A stretch of 64,000 bases of DNA from Myxococcota bacterium. Its GTDB lineage: Bacteria > Myxococcota_A > UBA796 > SXON01. The notes beneath the pieces were generated by a model. That model was not told where the DNA came from. It did no database searches and was given only the letters and a program-made list of their open reading frames with translations. A program made the translations under genes and the position numbers. This document shows, in pieces, positions 60,163 through 64,000 of the stretch. Position 1 is the first letter of the stretch. Each line of letters begins with the position of its first letter. The stretch is taken from assembly GCA_040386535.1 (NCBI GenBank), contig JAZKFH010000063.1, positions 40,645 through 104,644 on the forward strand, given 5' to 3'.

Positions 60163-61790
60163 GCGCGCCGCTCCACACAATGGGTCGCGAGCGCGATCAG
60201 CTCGGAAGTGTCGCCCGGCAAGCCGGCGAGCGCCGTCACGGCCCGCTCCAGGTGGGTCGCCGCCCGCGCCTGGCACCGCGCGGCGATGCCGTGTTCGTGC
60301 AGCGCCGCGAGGACCTCCTCGGGTGACCGCGCCAGCGCGCCCGGATCCAATTCACGCAGCAGCAGCAGTGGAAACGTGACACGCCCGGCGCGCTGGTCCT
60401 GCCCGGGGCGTTTTCCGAGCGCGGCCTCGTCTCCCACGTAGTCGAGCACGTCGTCCACGATCTGGAAGGCCAGCCCGAGCTCCTGGCCGTACCGCCCGAG
60501 CGCGCGCTGGTGGCGCCGGCTCCCGCCCGCGGCGGCGCCCCCGTTCGTCGCGGCGAACGCGAACAGGCGCGCGGTCTTCGCCGAGGCGATGGTGTACCAG
60601 TCGTCGAGGCCCATCGCGAGGTTTCCCGCGTAGGCGAGCTCGGCGCGCTGCCCCTCGGCGAGCGCGAGCAGGGTGTCCGCCAGCGCCGCGACGTTGGGCG
60701 AGGACGGCGGCGACCCGCTCGACGTGGACGATACCGGCGCGGTGTCCGGTGTCGCGAGCAGCGTGCACGCGAGCACCCACCCGGCGACCCCCGCGGCGAA
60801 CGGCACCGACGTGGCCCGGTGGAGCGCCGGCGCGCCGCGGCGCAGGTCGGCCTCGTCCACGATGTCATCGAGCACGAGCGAGGCGGTGTGTGCCCACTCG
60901 GCCGCCACCGCGACGGCGAGGGCCTCGTCCGGCACGCCGCCCACCGAGCGTGCCGCTGCCAGGGCGATCCGCGCGCGGAGCCGCTTGCCGCCGCGCGCCG
61001 CGAGCCACGCCGCCGCCGCGGGGAGGGGGCCGTCGCCGAGAAACGGGGCGACGAGCGCACGCTCGAGGGGAGTGGAGGGGCCCGGCTGCTCGGGAAGCAC
61101 CACAGGCGCCCACCCGGCGAACGCGCGCACCCGATCGGGCCCTTCGGATCGCCGACGGGGGCCGGGGGCGAGCACCGCCGCGAGGCGCTCCTTCGCGTCA
61201 CAATCGGGCAGCTCCTGGAGCGCGCGGGCGGCCTCGCCCAGGGCGCTCGTGCGCGAGGCGTCGCATCCGCCCGGCTCCGCGTGCTCCATCGCGAGCCCGA
61301 GCGCGCCCGCCCACCGATCGAGCGAAGCGTGGGCCTCGTCCGGCACGGCCCCGGCGATCACTCCGGCCGCGACGGCCCCGCGCAGGAACACCACCGCCTC
61401 CGGGACCGGCTCCGCGCCCGCCCGCGGGCCGCCGAGCACCCGTCCGACCACCCGGCGCAGCAGCACCTCGTCGCGTCGCACGGTCGCGCGGAGGGCTCCG
61501 TGGGCGCGGCGCAGGTCTGTCGTCAACCACCAGGTGCGCGTAGCCGCGTCGGGCGGCCCGCGGAACACCTGCTGGTCATAGGCCTCCACGAGCGCGATGC
61601 CGACGCGGCCGGCCTCCTGCCAGCGCCGGGTCCCCCAGCCGCGCGCCACGTGGATGACGACGGCCCCGCCCAGCCCCGCGCGAGGGCCCTCGCCAGGCGG
61701 CTCCGCAAGCGCTCGCCAAGCCGCCTCGACACGATCCCGCACCGGATCGAGCAGCGGACGAAACCAGGGGTCGGAGGGGAGCGCGCGCAC
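60159..61790 (-). CDS. Polyprenyl diphosphate synthase with an additional degenerate N-terminal domain
   Basis: GGKRLR, HTASLVLDDIVDEADLRRG, EGQ, KTA.LF, GLAFQIVDDVLD, GK..G.D; about 240-aa N-terminal extension. Confidence 0.88.
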   Translation of the reverse strand: MRALPSDPWFRPLLDPVRDRVEAAWRALAEPPGEGPRAGLGGAVVIHVARGWGTRRWQEAGRVGIALVEAYDQQVFRGPPDAATRTWWLTTDLRRAHGALRATVRRDEVLLRRVVGRVLGGPRAGAEPVPEAVVFLRGAVAAGVIAGAVPDEAHASLDRWAGALGLAMEHAEPGGCDASRTSALGEAARALQELPDCDAKERLAAVLAPGPRRRSEGPDRVRAFAGWAPVVLPEQPGPSTPLERALVAPFLGDGPLPAAAAWLAARGGKRLRARIALAAARSVGGVPDEALAVAVAAEWAHTASLVLDDIVDEADLRRGAPALHRATSVPFAAGVAGWVLACTLLATPDTAPVSSTSSGSPPSSPNVAALADTLLALAEGQRAELAYAGNLAMGLDDWYTIASAKTARLFAFAATNGGAAAGGSRRHQRALGRYGQELGLAFQIVDDVLDYVGDEAALGKRPGQDQRAGRVTFPLLLLRELDPGALARSPEEVLAALHEHGIAARCQARAATHLERAVTALAGLPGDTSELIALATHCVERRA

Positions 61791-61835
61791 GTTCCCGCGG
61801 ACCTACCATGAGGCGCGGGCCGAGGCCCGTCCCGG

Positions 61836-62153
61836 CTATATTTGGGGCGTCCCGTACACGTACGGGTTGTGTCGGCGCTCGGCCGCGACGGCGACCGGCT
61901 CTCTCCGGCGGTCCGCGCCGTCGTAGCCCGTGCGGGGCGCGGGGTCGGGTGCCCCGGCGATCGGCATGGGCCCAGGCGTGCCCTCGATCCCGGGCGGCGG
62001 TCGGCCGTGGGGATCCCAGGGCCCGCCCGACGCGGGCGCGTACCCTTCGACCCGCTCGTCCTCGCCTACCAGGACCTCGTGTCGCTCCGTCGTGAAGGCG
62101 CGGTCGCCGCGTGTCGCGTCAGAGCCCGTTCGGTTGCGTCCGTGTTGACCCAT
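61836..62153 (-). CDS. Small Pro/Gly-rich hypothetical protein
   Basis: ATG preceded by AGGAG; occupies an otherwise empty gap; no recognisable motif. Confidence 0.4.
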   Translation of the reverse strand: MGQHGRNRTGSDATRGDRAFTTERHEVLVGEDERVEGYAPASGGPWDPHGRPPPGIEGTPGPMPIAGAPDPAPRTGYDGADRRREPVAVAAERRHNPYVYGTPQI

Positions 62154-62173
62154 GCGCTCTCTCCTGAAAGAAA

Positions 62174-63595
62174 CTAGACACCCGCCAACGAACGCCCCAT
62201 CGTGAATCGGACCACGTCCGCGGCGAGCCGTTCGCGCGGCGTGTCCGTCACCACGTCCGCGAAGCTCGGCGCCGCCGCCACCCGCGCGCCCAACGCTCCC
62301 CGGTCGAGCCCCCACCAATCGAGCAGCGTGGCCGGAACCGCGGTGTGCTCGAACGGGGTGCTCGTGGGGCTGCGGAGCACCGTGTGGGGCCGCACCCACT
62401 TGGACACGAACAAGGCCGGCACCCGCACCCCTGCGCGCGTGAATTGGAAGTCCTTCTCGTGGATGTCCCCTCCCTTGGGACACACCAGCCCGTCCGGCGG
62501 CGCCACGTGGTCGAACGTGCCGCCGTGCTCGTCGAACAACACCACCAGCAGCGTGTCCTCCCAATACGGCGACGCCTGGAACGCCTCGAACACCTCCGCC
62601 AGGAGCTGCTCGGAACCCCCGATGTGGCCGGGCGGATGGTAGTCGTTCCCGATGTGCAGGCCGAGCTCTTCGAACACCGTGAAGGAGTAGTCCGGCTCGA
62701 GATAGGCGAAACGTGGCAGGTTTCCCTCATCCAGATCCGCGAAGAAGCGCGCGATCGGCACGTAGCGGGGATCCGCGGCGGGGGAGGGGACGAGCGCCTG
62801 TACCCCGCCGAACATTTTCCACGTGTACGAGGTCGTCCCCGCGCCCGGCACGTGGGGCGGCCACACGTTGGAATGGTAGATCTTCCAGTCCGTGGCGGAG
62901 TCGTAGCCGGCCTGGGACAGCACGTTCCAGATCGTCGGCTCCGTGAAGATGGCCGGCACGAGCGAGAACGGCAGCAGGTGCTCGTAGTAGTGGTTGTCCA
63001 CCATGGCGGTGGTGCGCTCCGCCGACCGGTCGGCCCGCGTGGCATGGCCGATGGAGTTGCCACACAAGGAGAACGCGCGGTTGATCGATGTCTGGGAGGG
63101 GATGGACGCGAACCAACGGTCGGACACCCCGAACGCCCCCGCGAGCGTGTTGATCACGGGCGCTTCCGAGGCGTCGAACGTATGCACGATCTCGGTGGGA
63201 TCGAACCAGAGCTTGTTTTTCTGGAACGTCCAGTAGTCCTGGAGGAACCCCCGCATGGTCGGTCGTCCCGACGGATCGCGCGCGAGCTGGCGTTGCACCG
63301 CGTCGAACCCCTCGCGCGGGTCCCAACGCGGGCAGGCGCCATGCGCACCCCGGCGGATCGGGAAGTGTTCGACCTTTCCGTTCCGCATCAACGGTTGGGC
63401 GTTGGCCTCGCAGAGCGCGCGCGTGAGCCCGTGGTACGGGGGCTCGCCCGACTTCACGGCTGGCACGTTCACGACCTCGGCGGGATCGGCCTCGCCGTCG
63501 TAGAGCCACCCGAGCAGGTTGTCGAAGGACCGGTTCTCGAACATCAGCACGATGACGTGGCGGATGTGCTGGCGAAACGGATGTGTGGGATCCAT
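62174..63595 (-). CDS. Phosphoesterase / phospholipase C family protein (alkaline phosphatase superfamily)
   Basis: HVIVLMFENRSFDNLLG, DRWFASIP.QT..NR, NDYHPP, FDEHGGTFDHV.PP, GVRVP, FEHT. Confidence 0.92.
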   Translation of the reverse strand: MDPTHPFRQHIRHVIVLMFENRSFDNLLGWLYDGEADPAEVVNVPAVKSGEPPYHGLTRALCEANAQPLMRNGKVEHFPIRRGAHGACPRWDPREGFDAVQRQLARDPSGRPTMRGFLQDYWTFQKNKLWFDPTEIVHTFDASEAPVINTLAGAFGVSDRWFASIPSQTSINRAFSLCGNSIGHATRADRSAERTTAMVDNHYYEHLLPFSLVPAIFTEPTIWNVLSQAGYDSATDWKIYHSNVWPPHVPGAGTTSYTWKMFGGVQALVPSPAADPRYVPIARFFADLDEGNLPRFAYLEPDYSFTVFEELGLHIGNDYHPPGHIGGSEQLLAEVFEAFQASPYWEDTLLVVLFDEHGGTFDHVAPPDGLVCPKGGDIHEKDFQFTRAGVRVPALFVSKWVRPHTVLRSPTSTPFEHTAVPATLLDWWGLDRGALGARVAAAPSFADVVTDTPRERLAADVVRFTMGRSLAGV

Positions 63596-63681
63596 GGGAT
63601 CCGAACAGCGGGGGGCGGGGCGGACTTCCGCGCCCGGGAGGGGGGCAGCCCGGGGACGGAAGCAGGAGGGAGAAAGACAAA

Positions 63682-63749
63682 GCAGGAAGGCAGGAAGGAA
63701 GGCAGGAAGGCAGGAAGGCAGGAAGGCAGGAAGGCAGGAAGGCAGGAAA
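63682..63749 (+). repeat. Imperfect tandem octamer (GCAGGAAG)n
   Basis: About eight units, directly visible. Confidence 0.9.
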
Positions 63750-63832
63750 AAAAGGAGGTACAAGGCAAACGAAGGACTGGGGCTCAGAGCGCTATGTCCT
63801 CCGTCTCCCCTTCCTGCCCTCCTGCTTGTTTG

Positions 63833-64000
63833 CTTCCTGCTTTCCTGCTTTCCTGCTTTCCTGCTTTCCTGCTTTCCTGCTTTCCTGCTTTCCTGCTTTC
63901 CTGCTTTCCTGCTTTCCTGCTTTCCTGCTTTCCTGCTTTCCTGCTTTCCTGCTTTCCTGCTTTCCTGCTTTCCTGCTTTCCTGCTTTCCTGCTTTCCTGC
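63833..64000 (+). repeat. Perfect tandem octamer (TTTCCTGC)n running off the window end
   Basis: 20 exact units from 63841 to 64000, plus one imperfect unit before them. Confidence 0.97.

Noticed and set aside
63596..63763. N-terminal extension of the phosphoesterase (LPSCLPAF repeats) as a signal peptide
   Set aside because: It is just the translation of the octamer repeat; ATG 63595 fits the family start better.
63682..64000. Possible CRISPR array
   Set aside because: Contiguous 8-bp units with no unique spacers, and no cas genes in the window.

Overview
High-GC (roughly 70% by eye) bacterial chromosomal segment, most likely from a Myxococcota-type organism. This is inferred from a MYXO-CTERM-like sorting signal, Asp/Cys-rich DCDD repeats and many lipoproteins. 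About 55 genes are densely packed; I saw no rRNA, tRNA, CRISPR array, transposase or integrase. Recognisable modules: EVE protein; flavoprotein lipoprotein; alkB-tetR; CotH-kinase and fibrinogen-like surface proteins; a FabH-like enzyme with an altered catalytic triad; dps-egtB-egtD; a four-gene signalling cluster with a triplicated PAS domain; glutamine synthetase; copCD facing a reduced cbb3-oxidase operon with two ccoS-like genes; Hsp70 (YegD-like); three paralogous GT-C-like membrane proteins; L,D-transpeptidase; WxxGxW-repeat protein; sixA; a deleted macro-domain pseudogene; a TolC-MFP-RND pump; rhomboid; LON N-domain; ppk1 and ppx; queG; a phosphoesterase; and terminal octamer repeats. 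The best candidate for an undescribed system is the operon at 57658-61790: a polyprenyl synthase with an extra degenerate domain, a PAP2-like/ferritin-like diiron fusion and an LCM-type methyltransferase. Other window-wide signals are -10-like boxes just upstream of start codons (possible leaderless mRNAs), ultra-short lipoprotein signal peptides, and recurrent D-T-[G/A/S/D] linkers alongside an expanded GT-C family. All family calls come from motif recognition by eye; no database searches were run.
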